DNA from: Carnobacterium maltaromaticum DSM 20342 | GTDB lineage: Bacteria; Bacillota; Bacilli; Lactobacillales; Carnobacteriaceae | DNA length: 24,000 nt | Reading direction: 5' to 3' | Assembly: GCF_000744945.1 (NCBI RefSeq) | Contig: NZ_JQMX01000001.1 | Coordinates: 3,087,130-3,111,129, forward strand | In this document: positions 1 through 8,988 of the stretch, in pieces | Layout of the letters: every line of letters begins with the position of its first letter | Position numbering within the stretch: position 1 is the stretch's first letter | Made by a program: the position numbers and the translations under genes | Notes under the pieces: model-generated | What the model saw: the letters and a program-made list of their open reading frames with translations, nothing else | Told to the model about the DNA's origin: nothing | Databases searched by the model: none

Positions 1-861
1 AGTAAGTTATTACCTGATTTAAGCGATTTAGGTAGCTTGCCAACTTTAACCGGAATTATATTCATCTTTGCAGGTGTTGAAATATCTTCTGTTCACGCAA
101 ATAATATTGATAATCCAAAACGGAACTATCCAATCGCAGTGATTGCCTCTGTCCTTTTATTGGTTGTCTTTAATTTAGTCGCAGGTTTAAGTGTAGCAGA
201 TAGTGTCCCAGCAGGAAAAATGGAATTAGCAAACATTACGCAACCTTTTGTGATTATGACGCAAGATTTAGGGATTCCAGCAATATTCAATAACATTATT
301 TCATTAATGATATTGATTGGAGTTTTGGTTCAATTAAGTGCTTGGGTTTTAGGACCAAGTAAATCAATGATTAAAGTGGCAGATGAAGGCAATTTACCTC
401 CATTTTTCCAAAAACGTACTGCAAAAGGGATTCCAATTAGCTTCGTGATTATCCAAGCAGTAGTTATCTCACTTGTTTCATTTCTCTATGTAGTTATTCC
501 CGATATCAGTGCAGCTTTCTTAATCATTACCATTACAACAACAATTCTTTATTGTGTTGTGTATCTATTAATTGCAATTTCAGCAATTAAATTGCGTTAT
601 AAAATGCCTGAAGTAGAACGTCCATTTAGATTAGGCAGTAAAGGCAATGGTTTGATGTGGTTTATTTCCGGTCTATCTATTTTAAGTGTAATTGTGACTA
701 TCTTAGTTAGTTTGATTCCGCCATCTTCAATTTCTCAAAGCGGTCATGTCGGATACATTATTTATCAAGTTGGAGCAACAGTTATTATGATTGGGATTGC
801 ACTCTTGATTTTCAAATTTAAAAAACCAGAATGGAAAAAACAAGATACATTAGACGATTAG
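1..861 (+). CDS. APC-superfamily amino acid/amine permease, C-terminal part (5' end lies outside the window); probable tyrosine:tyramine exchanger by context
   Basis: Frame 1 is open from nt 1 with no stop before 859-861. The translation is a series of hydrophobic helices typical of APC transporters. It sits 64 nt upstream of the tyrosine decarboxylase gene with no terminator between them. Confidence 0.7.
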   Translation, partial: SKLLPDLSDLGSLPTLTGIIFIFAGVEISSVHANNIDNPKRNYPIAVIASVLLLVVFNLVAGLSVADSVPAGKMELANITQPFVIMTQDLGIPAIFNNIISLMILIGVLVQLSAWVLGPSKSMIKVADEGNLPPFFQKRTAKGIPISFVIIQAVVISLVSFLYVVIPDISAAFLIITITTTILYCVVYLLIAISAIKLRYKMPEVERPFRLGSKGNGLMWFISGLSILSVIVTILVSLIPPSSISQSGHVGYIIYQVGATVIMIGIALLIFKFKKPEWKKQDTLDD

Positions 862-925
862 TTATAAAAATAAGTAGCAAATTAAATTAGTTTTATCAAA
901 GCCAGTTTTTATATAGGAGGAACAT

Positions 926-2785
926 ATGATGAAAAATACATTCAATACAGACGATACAAATTTAAAAGCTTTATTTCTTGGTGATAAAGGTGAAAATGTT
1001 GATTTATTCAAAGAAATCTTAAATAAAATGGTGGATGAACATGTTGGCTGGAGACAAAACTATATGCCGCAAGATTTACCAGTAATTACTCCACAAGATC
1101 GCAGTTCAAAAGAATTTCAAGCAACAGCAGATAATATGAGAAGTGTTTTTAACGTTTTGTCATCACGCTTACGGACAGAATCATTGCCATGGCACTCTGC
1201 AGGACGTTTCTGGGGCCACATGAATTCTGAAACATTAATGCCTGCCATTATTGCATATTCAACTGCTATGCTTTGGAATGGGAATAACGTAGCATACGAA
1301 TCTTCGCCAGCCACTTCACAAATGGAAGAAGAAGTAGGAATGGAATTTGCAACATTAATGAGTTATAAAAACGGGTGGGGACATATTGCCGCAGATGGAT
1401 CAATTGCCAATTTAGAAGGCCTTTGGTATGCCCGTAATATGAAATCAGTGCCATTCGCTATCCAAGAAGTAGCACCAGAAATGGTTGCTGGTAAATCTGA
1501 TTGGGAACTATTAAATATGTCTACCGAAGAAGTTTTAAACATGTTAGATCAACTTCAAGATCAATTTGATGAAATAAAAGCTCGCTCAGCTCGCAGTGGG
1601 AAAAACTTAGAAAAATTAGGAAAATGGATTGTACCGCAAACCAAACATTACTCATGGTTAAAAGCGGCTGATATTATTGGGATTGGCTTGGATCAAGTCA
1701 TTGCTGGTGAAGAAAACAGTGAATATCGAATGGATATTGATAAACTAGAAGCACAAATTCGTGATTTAGCGGCACAAGAAATTCCTATTTTAGGTGTTGT
1801 AGGTGTTGTTGGTTCAACAGAAGAAGGACAAATAGATCGTATTGATCAAATGATTGCCTTGCGTGAAAAATTAGCTAAAGAAGGTATTTACTTCTATGTT
1901 CACGTTGATGCTGCCTATGGAGGATACGGACGTTCAATCTTCTTGGACGAAAATAATGAATTTATTGAATGGGATCAAATTGAAGCTGTCTATGCTAAAA
2001 ATAATATTTTTATGGAAAAAAATGATTGGTTAACAAGGGAAGTATACGAATCTTTCAAAGCCATTAGTTTTGCTGAATCTGTTACAATCGATCCACATAA
2101 AATGGGCTATATCCCTTATTCAGCAGGTGGAGTTGTGATTAAAGATATTCGCATGCGTGATGTTATCTCTTATTTTGCAACCTATGTATTTGAAAAAGGT
2201 GCGGATATCCCAGCATTATTAGGTGCTTATATCCTAGAAGGCTCTAAAGCGGGTGCAACAGCGGCTGCTGTCTGGACTGCTCATAAAGTCTTACCATTAA
2301 ATGTGACTGGCTACGGAAAATTAATGGGAGCAAGTATTGAAGGAGCGTACCATTTCTATCACTTTATTGATGGAAAAGAATTTAAAGTAGGCGACAAAAC
2401 AATTGAAATACATGCATTAACAAAACCTGATTTCAATATGGTTGATTATGTATTTAATGAAAAAGGCAATACTGATTTAGTGAAAATGAATAAACTAAAT
2501 CATGACTTTTATGATTATGCTTCTTACGCAAAAGGTGGTCTATACAACAATGAATTTATCACTTCACATACTGATTTTGCTATTGAAGAATATGGCCATA
2601 GCCCATTTGAATTCGTAAATAATTTAGGTTTTTCAAGATCTGAATGGGATCGTGCGACTAAAGTGACTATTTTACGTGCATCAGGCATGTCACCATATAT
2701 GAATGATAAAGAAGTTTTTGATGACTATGCAGTTAAAATTGAATCAGCTATTCAAAAAAAATTAGAAGCAATTTATGCTGAGTAA
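926..2785 (+). CDS. tdcA: Pyridoxal-phosphate-dependent tyrosine decarboxylase (tyramine-forming; the family also acts on L-DOPA and Phe)
   Basis: The 619-aa product carries strings I recall as near-identical to enterococcal TDC: [69 protein letters not shown]. The PLP-lysine motif DPHKMGY is present. RBS GGAGG lies at 916-920, and ATG 929 is an equally plausible start. Confidence 0.92.
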   Translation: MMKNTFNTDDTNLKALFLGDKGENVDLFKEILNKMVDEHVGWRQNYMPQDLPVITPQDRSSKEFQATADNMRSVFNVLSSRLRTESLPWHSAGRFWGHMNSETLMPAIIAYSTAMLWNGNNVAYESSPATSQMEEEVGMEFATLMSYKNGWGHIAADGSIANLEGLWYARNMKSVPFAIQEVAPEMVAGKSDWELLNMSTEEVLNMLDQLQDQFDEIKARSARSGKNLEKLGKWIVPQTKHYSWLKAADIIGIGLDQVIAGEENSEYRMDIDKLEAQIRDLAAQEIPILGVVGVVGSTEEGQIDRIDQMIALREKLAKEGIYFYVHVDAAYGGYGRSIFLDENNEFIEWDQIEAVYAKNNIFMEKNDWLTREVYESFKAISFAESVTIDPHKMGYIPYSAGGVVIKDIRMRDVISYFATYVFEKGADIPALLGAYILEGSKAGATAAAVWTAHKVLPLNVTGYGKLMGASIEGAYHFYHFIDGKEFKVGDKTIEIHALTKPDFNMVDYVFNEKGNTDLVKMNKLNHDFYDYASYAKGGLYNNEFITSHTDFAIEEYGHSPFEFVNNLGFSRSEWDRATKVTILRASGMSPYMNDKEVFDDYAVKIESAIQKKLEAIYAE

Positions 2786-2817
2786 TAAAAGTTAATTGAA
2801 TTGAAGAATAACTATTG

Positions 2818-2860
2818 CTGGCTAAATTTTTAACTAAAATTTAGCCAGTTTCTGGTTTTT
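2818..2860 (+). terminator. Rho-independent terminator between tdc and nhaC
   Basis: A perfect 13-bp stem, CTGGCTAAATTTT (2818-2830) with AAAATTTAGCCAG (2836-2848), is followed by TTTCTGGTTTTT. Confidence 0.75.
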
Positions 2861-2908
2861 AAGAGTTAAAAAATGCTAAAACGAGAAGGGCAGAAAGGGC
2901 GCGCAAAA

Positions 2909-4270
2909 ATGAAGAAAGATGTAACGATAAAAGAGGCTTTATTTCTTTTAGTTGTATTATTAGCTATGATTGGGACTTTGATTATTGGATTCAAATTACC
3001 AGCCCATGTAGCATTGTTATTTGCCTTAGCTGTTGTATTTTTATTTGCTGGCTATAAAAAAGTTTCTTGGAAAACGATTCAAGAAGGTATCCAGGAAGGA
3101 ATCACACCAGGTTTAGTGCCAATTATTATTTTCATTTTAATTGGTGCTTTGATTAGTGTGTGGATTGCTGCCGGAACGATCCCAACCATTATGGTTTATG
3201 GATTCAGTGTGCTATCAGTCCAGTTTTTTTTGCCTACAGTATTTTTAATTTGTGGAATCGTTGGAGCAACAGTTGGTAGTTCCTTTACAACCATCTCTAC
3301 TGTTGGAATTGCTTTTTTGGGAATGGGGCAAATCATGGGCCTCAATCCAGCCATTACAACAGGGGCAATTGTATCAGGAGCATTTTTAGGAAATAGTATT
3401 TCACCACTTTCTGATACGGCCAATCTTTCAGCCGCAATTGCCGAAGTTGATTTATTTCAGCACATTAAACATGAATTTTGGACAGTCATACCAGCGGCAT
3501 TTCTTTCCTTGCTGGGCTATACATTTCTGAGTTTTCGCGCTACACAAACTGTAGCGGGGGATGGCATAGAAACAATCAGCCAAACACTTCATGAATTTTA
3601 TACGATTTCACCTGTGACACTATTACCGGTAGTCGTATTATTTTTTGCTGCCTGGCGCAAAATTCCAGCTATACCTACACTTTTGACGAGTATTGTACTT
3701 TCAATTCTAGTTCGTTATCTTTACCATCCAACGACATCTTTAGCATCTATTGGAAGTTGGATTCAAGATGGGTATATTTCTAAAACAGGTGTTGCTAACG
3801 TTGATTTATTATTGACTCGTGGTGGCATGCAAAGCATGATGTGGTCCGTTTCATTAATTCTATTAGCCTTATCTCTAGGTGGTTTATTAGTGAAATTAAA
3901 CATTATTGAAACTATTTTATCCCAAGTTGAAGAGCTAATGAAGACTAAAAGTCGTTTGATTTTAATGACAGCACTAAGTTCTATTGGAATAAATTTATTG
4001 ATTGGAGAGCAGTATCTCTCAATTATATTACCTGGTAAAGCCTACAAAGAAAATTATCGTAAAATTTCTTTACCAGATAACTATTTATCTAGAACATTAT
4101 CAGATGCAGGTGCAACATTTAACCCCTTAATACCTTGGGGTGTTAGTGGTGTCTTTATTGCTGGAACATTGGGTATATCAACACTCAGTTATTTGCCATT
4201 TGCCTTCTTTTGTTATTTAGTTCCGTTGATTACGATTGGTGCAGGATTTATGAAAACGAAAGAAAATTAA
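2909..4270 (+). CDS. nhaC: Na+/H+ antiporter, NhaC family
   Basis: Polytopic membrane protein of about 453 aa with NhaC-like length and composition, in the position usual for tyrosine decarboxylase loci. The ORF track starts at 2873, but ATG 2909 (MKKDVTIKEAL...) has a better SD (GAAAGGG 2893-2899, 9-nt spacer). Confidence 0.8.
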   Translation: MKKDVTIKEALFLLVVLLAMIGTLIIGFKLPAHVALLFALAVVFLFAGYKKVSWKTIQEGIQEGITPGLVPIIIFILIGALISVWIAAGTIPTIMVYGFSVLSVQFFLPTVFLICGIVGATVGSSFTTISTVGIAFLGMGQIMGLNPAITTGAIVSGAFLGNSISPLSDTANLSAAIAEVDLFQHIKHEFWTVIPAAFLSLLGYTFLSFRATQTVAGDGIETISQTLHEFYTISPVTLLPVVVLFFAAWRKIPAIPTLLTSIVLSILVRYLYHPTTSLASIGSWIQDGYISKTGVANVDLLLTRGGMQSMMWSVSLILLALSLGGLLVKLNIIETILSQVEELMKTKSRLILMTALSSIGINLLIGEQYLSIILPGKAYKENYRKISLPDNYLSRTLSDAGATFNPLIPWGVSGVFIAGTLGISTLSYLPFAFFCYLVPLITIGAGFMKTKEN

Positions 4271-4282
4271 TAATGTTTATAT

Positions 4283-4332
4283 GCTTGTCTGTAGCTACTA
4301 GTTTCAAAAAGTAGCTACAGACAAGCTTTTTT
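4283..4332 (+). terminator. Rho-independent terminator after nhaC
   Basis: A 17-bp perfect stem, GCTTGTCTGTAGCTACT (4283-4299) with AGTAGCTACAGACAAGC (4310-4326), is followed by TTTTTT. Confidence 0.9.
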
Positions 4333-4462
4333 AGTTAATAATTAGTTGGGAAAGTTTGGATAGAATTCAAAAATTCTTAATTTAAATTATTTTTTTACTT
4401 ATTTTTTTGAATTTTAAAAAATCAAATTTTAGTTTTTTAATATATAACAAGTTATAAAACGC

Positions 4463-4491
4463 TTGATATGATAACTGTCGTATGCTAAAGT
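4463..4491 (+). promoter_or_regulatory. Candidate sigma-A promoter for the lipoprotein gene
   Basis: TTGATA (4463-4468), a 17-nt spacer, then TAAAGT (4486-4491). It is preceded by about 130 nt of phased A/T tracts. Confidence 0.35.
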
Positions 4492-4534
4492 AATTATGTA
4501 AGCAATTTAATAAATAATTTTTAGGAGATGTCAA

Positions 4535-5599
4535 ATGAAAAAAAATGTGTTATTAGTTTTGGTAGCGTTGTTAGCAATCGTTGTTGCTGGATGCGGTGGA
4601 GATACATCTAGTAATAAAGAGAAAAAAGCAGAAGTTTCTAAAAGTAAAATTGCAGAAATGAGTATTGAAAATGGAGAATATGTTATCCCTTTTTCTGAAG
4701 ATGGGGAAGGTGGATCAGATACTTATATTGCGTTTGATGTAAAAGTTAAAAATACCGGAAAAGAGCAAATGTATGTAACACCTGATAGTTTTTCATTATT
4801 TGAAAAAGGTGAAGATGGAAAAATATCTCCTGATACAAGTTATCGAACAGGGATCGAAGATTTTGAAGGTGGAAAACTTTCTTCCGGAAAAAGTTTAACT
4901 GGAACAGTTTTATTTAATATTGACTCAGACAAAGAATATACGTTAAGCTATGCACCGTCTTCAATTTCTGAAGATAGTAAAAACGATGTTGAAGTAGCAG
5001 TTGATTTAAGTAAATATGAAAAAACAAAGAAAAATCTTGATGAACCAAAGAAAGCATTAGACGCTTATATTGATGTTGTTTTGTTGAGTAAAGAAAATCC
5101 TGATTATGATAAGTATATTTCTACAGATAGTGAAGTAGCTAAAGAAGCTGTGAAAAAAGCTTTTACGAAAAACTTTAAAGACTACCTTGTCTATAATTAC
5201 AAACCAACTGATGAAGAATTAACAACTTTCTTTAAAAATTTCCAAGAAATAGAAGCAAAAAGAGCAACCTATGAAACGAAAGTTATCGGAAATGTTGGTA
5301 AGAAAGCAATGGTAGAAGTAACAATGAAAGGTTTATCTAATGAAGAAATTAGCGACATTTTCAGTGAGTATAAAGAAGAATACCTTGATCAATCAGATGA
5401 GTATGATTCTGAAAAAGCAGAACAATATGCTTTGACAAAATACACTGAAGTTCTTGAAAAGGCAGATCTTGGCGAGCCAAGAAATGAGTTGAAAGTCGTT
5501 TTAACTAAAAAAGATGACAAGTGGGACGTGAATTTGAAATCCAATATGGATGGATCAAACGAATACCTGTTAAGAGCCTTCATTGGGGGAGTAGAATAG
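4535..5599 (+). CDS. Lipoprotein with an N-terminal DUF4352-like Ig-fold region and an acidic/lysine-rich C-terminal domain
   Basis: Signal peptide plus lipobox (LLAIVVAG|C). AGGAG RBS 8 nt upstream. The segment FDVKVKNTGKEQMYV...GKSLTGTVLFNI resembles DUF4352. A terminator follows the gene. Confidence 0.8.
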   Translation: MKKNVLLVLVALLAIVVAGCGGDTSSNKEKKAEVSKSKIAEMSIENGEYVIPFSEDGEGGSDTYIAFDVKVKNTGKEQMYVTPDSFSLFEKGEDGKISPDTSYRTGIEDFEGGKLSSGKSLTGTVLFNIDSDKEYTLSYAPSSISEDSKNDVEVAVDLSKYEKTKKNLDEPKKALDAYIDVVLLSKENPDYDKYISTDSEVAKEAVKKAFTKNFKDYLVYNYKPTDEELTTFFKNFQEIEAKRATYETKVIGNVGKKAMVEVTMKGLSNEEISDIFSEYKEEYLDQSDEYDSEKAEQYALTKYTEVLEKADLGEPRNELKVVLTKKDDKWDVNLKSNMDGSNEYLLRAFIGGVE

Positions 5600-5608
5600 A
5601 AATAATGA

Positions 5609-5642
5609 TAGCTCCTTACTGCTAAAGTAGGGAGCTATTTTT
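5609..5642 (+). terminator. Rho-independent terminator
   Basis: Stem TAGCTCCTTACT (5609-5620) with AGTAGGGAGCTA (5626-5637), containing one G-U pair, followed by TTTTT. Confidence 0.8.
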
Positions 5643-5673
5643 GAGTATTAAGAATTAAAAGGAGTTTAACCAA

Positions 5674-6777
5674 ATGAAATTAACAGTTAGAAATAAAAGA
5701 ATTGCTGCATTTGTTGGTGTCGTAATTATTGGTATAAGCATTGGAATTGGGTTTTCTTTAACGAATAAGGAAAAATTTGTTACAAATTTAGAAAAAATGG
5801 TTCATGAAAAAAATATCTCAAGTTTACAAAAATCAATAGTAGTCGGAACAGAGGAAGTAAAAGTTAGCAAAGATGAAATAAAGTCATTAAATAGCTATTT
5901 GAAATCAGATAATAAAATTAAAGAGTCTTTTTTTGCCGATTTAAAAGAACAAGCTGTAGAAAAGCAACAGGAAGAACAGACAGCGAAAACTTTTGAGATT
6001 ATTTCTAAGGGAAGAAAATGGTTAATTTTCCCCAACTACCGATTAAAAGTCAGACCTAACTATCTTACTGTAAGTACGGATGCGACTAATGTTATAATTA
6101 AGAATCAAGAAAATAAAACAATTCCATACAATAAACAAAAAAAACAATACGGTCCGATTTTTCCAGGAATGTATGACTTTAAAATAGAGTTGCTATCGGA
6201 TATGCCAAAAATAGAAACGAATTACGACAAAGTGGTTGTTTGGGATAAAAATAAAAATTTAGAAACTTATTTAGCAAAATCAGCTGAAAAGGATAAACAG
6301 TTTACTGAAAACTTAGCAACGGTGATTGATCTATTTTCAGACGAATATGCAGCTTTTATGGGTGGTGGTTTCGTAGATGCTGAGAATAAGGCCTTAAAAG
6401 ATTTATCAGCGGATCTAATGGAGATACGCCCTTTGATTGAATCACTTTACTATGAATATAAGGGCATAACAGTAAATAATGACTCAATTAAACTGAGTCA
6501 GAAAAATAATCAATGGACGTTAAACGTAATGGTATTTTTAGATTCAAATTCATACATTGAGTCATCTTTACTCCCAGGAAATAAAATGGAATTAGAAGAG
6601 AGTAAAGTCTACGAATACCACTTAATTTATAATAAAAAAGGTAGAAAATGGGAAGTTGATAGCCGTGATGAAGGTTTTGGAAAGAGTACAGAATGGAAAA
6701 ATAGTACCGAAATAGCATCACCAAAACCTAAAGTCTATACCTGGAAAGGTGAAGGAGAACAGCTGAATTCGCTTTAA
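5674..6777 (+). CDS. Single-pass membrane-anchored extracytoplasmic protein, tentatively TcaA/YvbJ-like
   Basis: N-terminal TM helix (IAAFVGVVIIGISIGIGFSL) followed by about 330 aa of soluble, Lys/Asn-rich sequence. AAGGAG RBS. The family assignment is from memory only and is weak. Confidence 0.6.
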   Translation: MKLTVRNKRIAAFVGVVIIGISIGIGFSLTNKEKFVTNLEKMVHEKNISSLQKSIVVGTEEVKVSKDEIKSLNSYLKSDNKIKESFFADLKEQAVEKQQEEQTAKTFEIISKGRKWLIFPNYRLKVRPNYLTVSTDATNVIIKNQENKTIPYNKQKKQYGPIFPGMYDFKIELLSDMPKIETNYDKVVVWDKNKNLETYLAKSAEKDKQFTENLATVIDLFSDEYAAFMGGGFVDAENKALKDLSADLMEIRPLIESLYYEYKGITVNNDSIKLSQKNNQWTLNVMVFLDSNSYIESSLLPGNKMELEESKVYEYHLIYNKKGRKWEVDSRDEGFGKSTEWKNSTEIASPKPKVYTWKGEGEQLNSL

Positions 6778-6824
6778 GAAAAAATGAAATGTGTTTAATG
6801 AATATGTTGCTTCAATTGGCCAAC

Positions 6825-6854
6825 TTTACTAGGAGAATAAACTAATGCTAAAAT
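6825..6854 (+). promoter_or_regulatory. Candidate extended -10 promoter for the YdeI-family gene
   Basis: TTTACT (6825-6830) and TGcTAAAAT (6846-6854). Confidence 0.45.
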
Positions 6855-6907
6855 AGAGGAAGTTAAATTTTAAGAATAAGAATTCCTATGAAAAGAGGCC
6901 GCTAAAA

Positions 6908-7486
6908 ATGGAAATAGACAAGTTACTCACTTTTAAAAAAAGAGAAGAGTTACGAGAGTGGCTACTAGCTAATAGTACAACTGAAAAATATTGCTGGGTC
7001 ATTGTGACTATTAAGCCAAAATTAGATACATTGCTCTATCTGGATGTAGTTGAAGAAGCCTTATGTTTTGGTTGGATTGATGGCGTGAAAAAGAAATTAT
7101 CTGAAACACAAACAGCGCAACGTTTATCCCCAAGAGCTAAAAAAAGTCCTTGGACAGAGCTAAATAAGGAGCGTGTTCGTCGTTTGGAGAAGTTAGGTTT
7201 AATGACAGACGAAGGTCGGAAAATTCTACCAAGCGATATTTATCAACCTTTTAAAATTGATTCAGTCATAGAAGAAAAGTTAAAAGAAGATCAGCAAATT
7301 TATGAGAATTTTATGGCGTTTCCAGACTTGTATAGAAGAATTCGTATCGATACAATACAAACGAATAAGAAAGATGCTGTATTATTTGAAAGCCGCTTAG
7401 CCAAATTAATTGAACAGACAAAAGCCAACAAACAATACGGGGCATGGCATGATAATGGCCGATTGATTGAAGATTCTATTGAATAA
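6908..7486 (+). CDS. YdeI/OmpD-associated family protein (DUF1801-related, the so-called bacteriocin-protection family)
   Basis: 192 aa. The strings CFGWIDG and RLSPRAKKSPWTELNKERVRRLEKLGLMTDEG are typical of the YdeI family as I recall it. Confidence 0.7.
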   Translation: MEIDKLLTFKKREELREWLLANSTTEKYCWVIVTIKPKLDTLLYLDVVEEALCFGWIDGVKKKLSETQTAQRLSPRAKKSPWTELNKERVRRLEKLGLMTDEGRKILPSDIYQPFKIDSVIEEKLKEDQQIYENFMAFPDLYRRIRIDTIQTNKKDAVLFESRLAKLIEQTKANKQYGAWHDNGRLIEDSIE

Positions 7487-7618
7487 TAATACGTGAAATC
7501 ATTAAGAAATTTCAAATTTATCAACTAGATACCCCTTGCTCAATTAGATTATGTTAAAATAAAACTTCCACTATTAAACGGCTTGATACTAAAAGTACGC
7601 AAGAAAGGAAGTTGATGT

Positions 7619-7807
7619 ATGTTAACTAAAAATATCCAAGGTAAACAAGAATGTCCTTACTGTGAAAGACCAGTAGAGGTTGTCTTTATTCCAGATCGAA
7701 CCGCAGCTGAATTGGAGTATCGCGAGTGTCCATATGAGGATTGTGGGCTAGATATTTTACAAATGGATAAAGGCAGTAACGAAGCAGAAATTTTAAAAGC
7801 TAGATAA
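7619..7807 (+). CDS. Small Cys4 zinc-ribbon protein of unknown function (62 aa)
   Basis: CPYC (aa 12-15) and CPYEDC (aa 37-42) give a CxxC...CxxxC arrangement. SD AAAGGA 7604-7609 with a 9-nt spacer. Its own terminator lies directly downstream. Confidence 0.6.
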   Translation: MLTKNIQGKQECPYCERPVEVVFIPDRTAAELEYRECPYEDCGLDILQMDKGSNEAEILKAR

Positions 7808-7835
7808 AGAATAAATTAAATACGGGTAAAATTGT

Positions 7836-7870
7836 AGCAACTGGGAGAAGTCTTCTAGTTGCTTTTTTAT
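7836..7870 (+). terminator. Rho-independent terminator after the zinc-ribbon ORF
   Basis: AGCAACTGGGAGAAG (7836-7850) pairs with CTTCTAGTTGCT (7852-7863) with a 3-nt bulge, followed by TTTTTT. Confidence 0.75.
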
Positions 7871-7893
7871 TATTTCAATAAAAATAAAAAACA

Positions 7894-7926
7894 GTATATA
7901 CAAAATGGTATATACTAGTATATAAT
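7894..7926 (+). promoter_or_regulatory. Promoter of the glycosylasparaginase/PTS operon overlapped by three GTATATAC palindromes (putative HutC/GntR operator)
   Basis: GTATATAC occurs at 7894-7901 and 7908-7915 (both perfect and self-complementary), with GTATATAa at 7918-7925. Consensus -10 TATAAT is at 7921-7926 and the -35-like TATACA at 7897-7902 (18-nt spacer). Confidence 0.6.
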
Positions 7927-7996
7927 AAAAAGAAAAGAAAGCGTTTTATCCAATGGAGAATAGATAGAAAAACTTATCTTAAGGAGTGACAATAAA

Positions 7997-8950
7997 ATGA
8001 CATATGGAATGATTGCTACATGGCGTATGGCTTATGATGGTGTTGCATCAATGACAGAAGCGTTAAAAAACGGTGAAGGCGCAGGCACTGCTTTGGTTGA
8101 GGCGATTAAAAAAGTTGAAGATTACCCGTTTTATAAATCGGTGGGGTATGGAGGCTTCCCTAATGAAGAATGTATTCTTGAGATGGATGCTGCTTATATG
8201 GATGGAGATACATTTGATATTGGAGCAGTTGCTGGTATTCAAGATGTGAAGAATCCAATTGCAGTAGCTGAAGCTTTGAGTCATGAACGATTCAATTCCT
8301 TTTTAGTAGGTGCAGGGGCAACAAAATTTGCTAAGCAAGCAGGTTTCGATTGTCGAAATATGGTAACAGCACGTGCTAAGCGTTTATGGGAATTGCGTTT
8401 GGAAGAAATCCAAAAGCATAATTTAAGTCCTTATGATGGTCACGATACAGTTGGTGCAGTTGCCTTAGATTTAAATAAAAAAATGGTAGCAGGAACTTCT
8501 AGTAGTGGTCTATTTATGAAAAAAAGTGGACGTGTTGGGGATTCACCATTATCTGGTTCTGGCTTTTATGTCGATAGTGAAATTGGTGGTGCAACGGCTA
8601 CAGGTTTAGGAGAAGATTTAATGAAAGGGTGTTTAAGCTACGAAATTGTCCGCTTAATGGGAACTGGTATGCATCCTCAAGCTGCTGCAGATCAAGTGGT
8701 TTATGGTTTTTCTGATTTACTAGAAAAGCGGAAAGGGAAAGCCGGAGCATTTTCATTAGTCTGTATGAATAAGAACGGTGAATGGGGAGTCGCAACGAAT
8801 GTTGAATTTTCTTTTGCAGTCGCAACTGAAAAGGAAGCTGCAGAAATTTATTTAGCATATCCTGCCGAAAATAAAACGACGAGAATCGAAGTTGCAGATA
8901 AAGCCTGGTTAGATGCCTATGAAGCGCGAATTAAAAAGCCTGTAGACTAA
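7997..8950 (+). CDS. N4-(beta-N-acetylglucosaminyl)-L-asparaginase (glycosylasparaginase, Ntn-hydrolase asparaginase-2 family), cytoplasmic
   Basis: Autoprocessing/nucleophile motif GHD|TVGAVALD (Thr151, nt 8447-8449). The strings GRVGDSPLSGSGFYVD and GGATATGLGEDLMK match glycosylasparaginases more closely than isoaspartyl peptidases. No signal peptide. AAGGAG RBS. Confidence 0.8.
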   Translation: MTYGMIATWRMAYDGVASMTEALKNGEGAGTALVEAIKKVEDYPFYKSVGYGGFPNEECILEMDAAYMDGDTFDIGAVAGIQDVKNPIAVAEALSHERFNSFLVGAGATKFAKQAGFDCRNMVTARAKRLWELRLEEIQKHNLSPYDGHDTVGAVALDLNKKMVAGTSSSGLFMKKSGRVGDSPLSGSGFYVDSEIGGATATGLGEDLMKGCLSYEIVRLMGTGMHPQAAADQVVYGFSDLLEKRKGKAGAFSLVCMNKNGEWGVATNVEFSFAVATEKEAAEIYLAYPAENKTTRIEVADKAWLDAYEARIKKPVD

Positions 8951-8988
8951 AGTAAAGTAAGGATTAAGCAAAGGAATGGTGCAACAAA

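Noticed and set aside
1117-1454. Two antisense ORFs (65 and 62 aa) inside the tyrosine decarboxylase gene
   Set aside because: They lie entirely within a strongly supported CDS on the opposite strand. They have no SD and low-complexity or odd composition, typical of shadow ORFs in AT-rich DNA.
3196-3423. Antisense 75-aa ORF inside nhaC
   Set aside because: It is a shadow ORF of a membrane-protein gene, with no RBS and no independent signals.
5389-7524. Antisense ORFs 5389-5583, 6488-6724 and 7300-7524
   Set aside because: Each is embedded opposite a better-supported CDS (lipoprotein, membrane protein, YdeI). They lack SD sequences and their products are Leu/Ser/Phe/Tyr-rich junk-like sequence.
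7487-7535. Short hairpin GAAAT...ATTTC after the YdeI gene as a terminator
   Set aside because: The stem is only 5 bp, AT-rich, and has no T-tract.
7936-7949. cre-like sequence AGAAAGCGTTTTAT just downstream of the operon -10
   Set aside because: The central AAGCG core and T match, but three mismatches fall at the flanking conserved positions of TGWAANCGNTNWCA. It is too weak to call as a CcpA site without experimental or comparative support.
8063-8858. Antisense ORFs 8063-8284 and 8598-8858 inside the glycosylasparaginase gene
   Set aside because: The sense strand carries complete catalytic motifs. The antisense ORFs have no start context.
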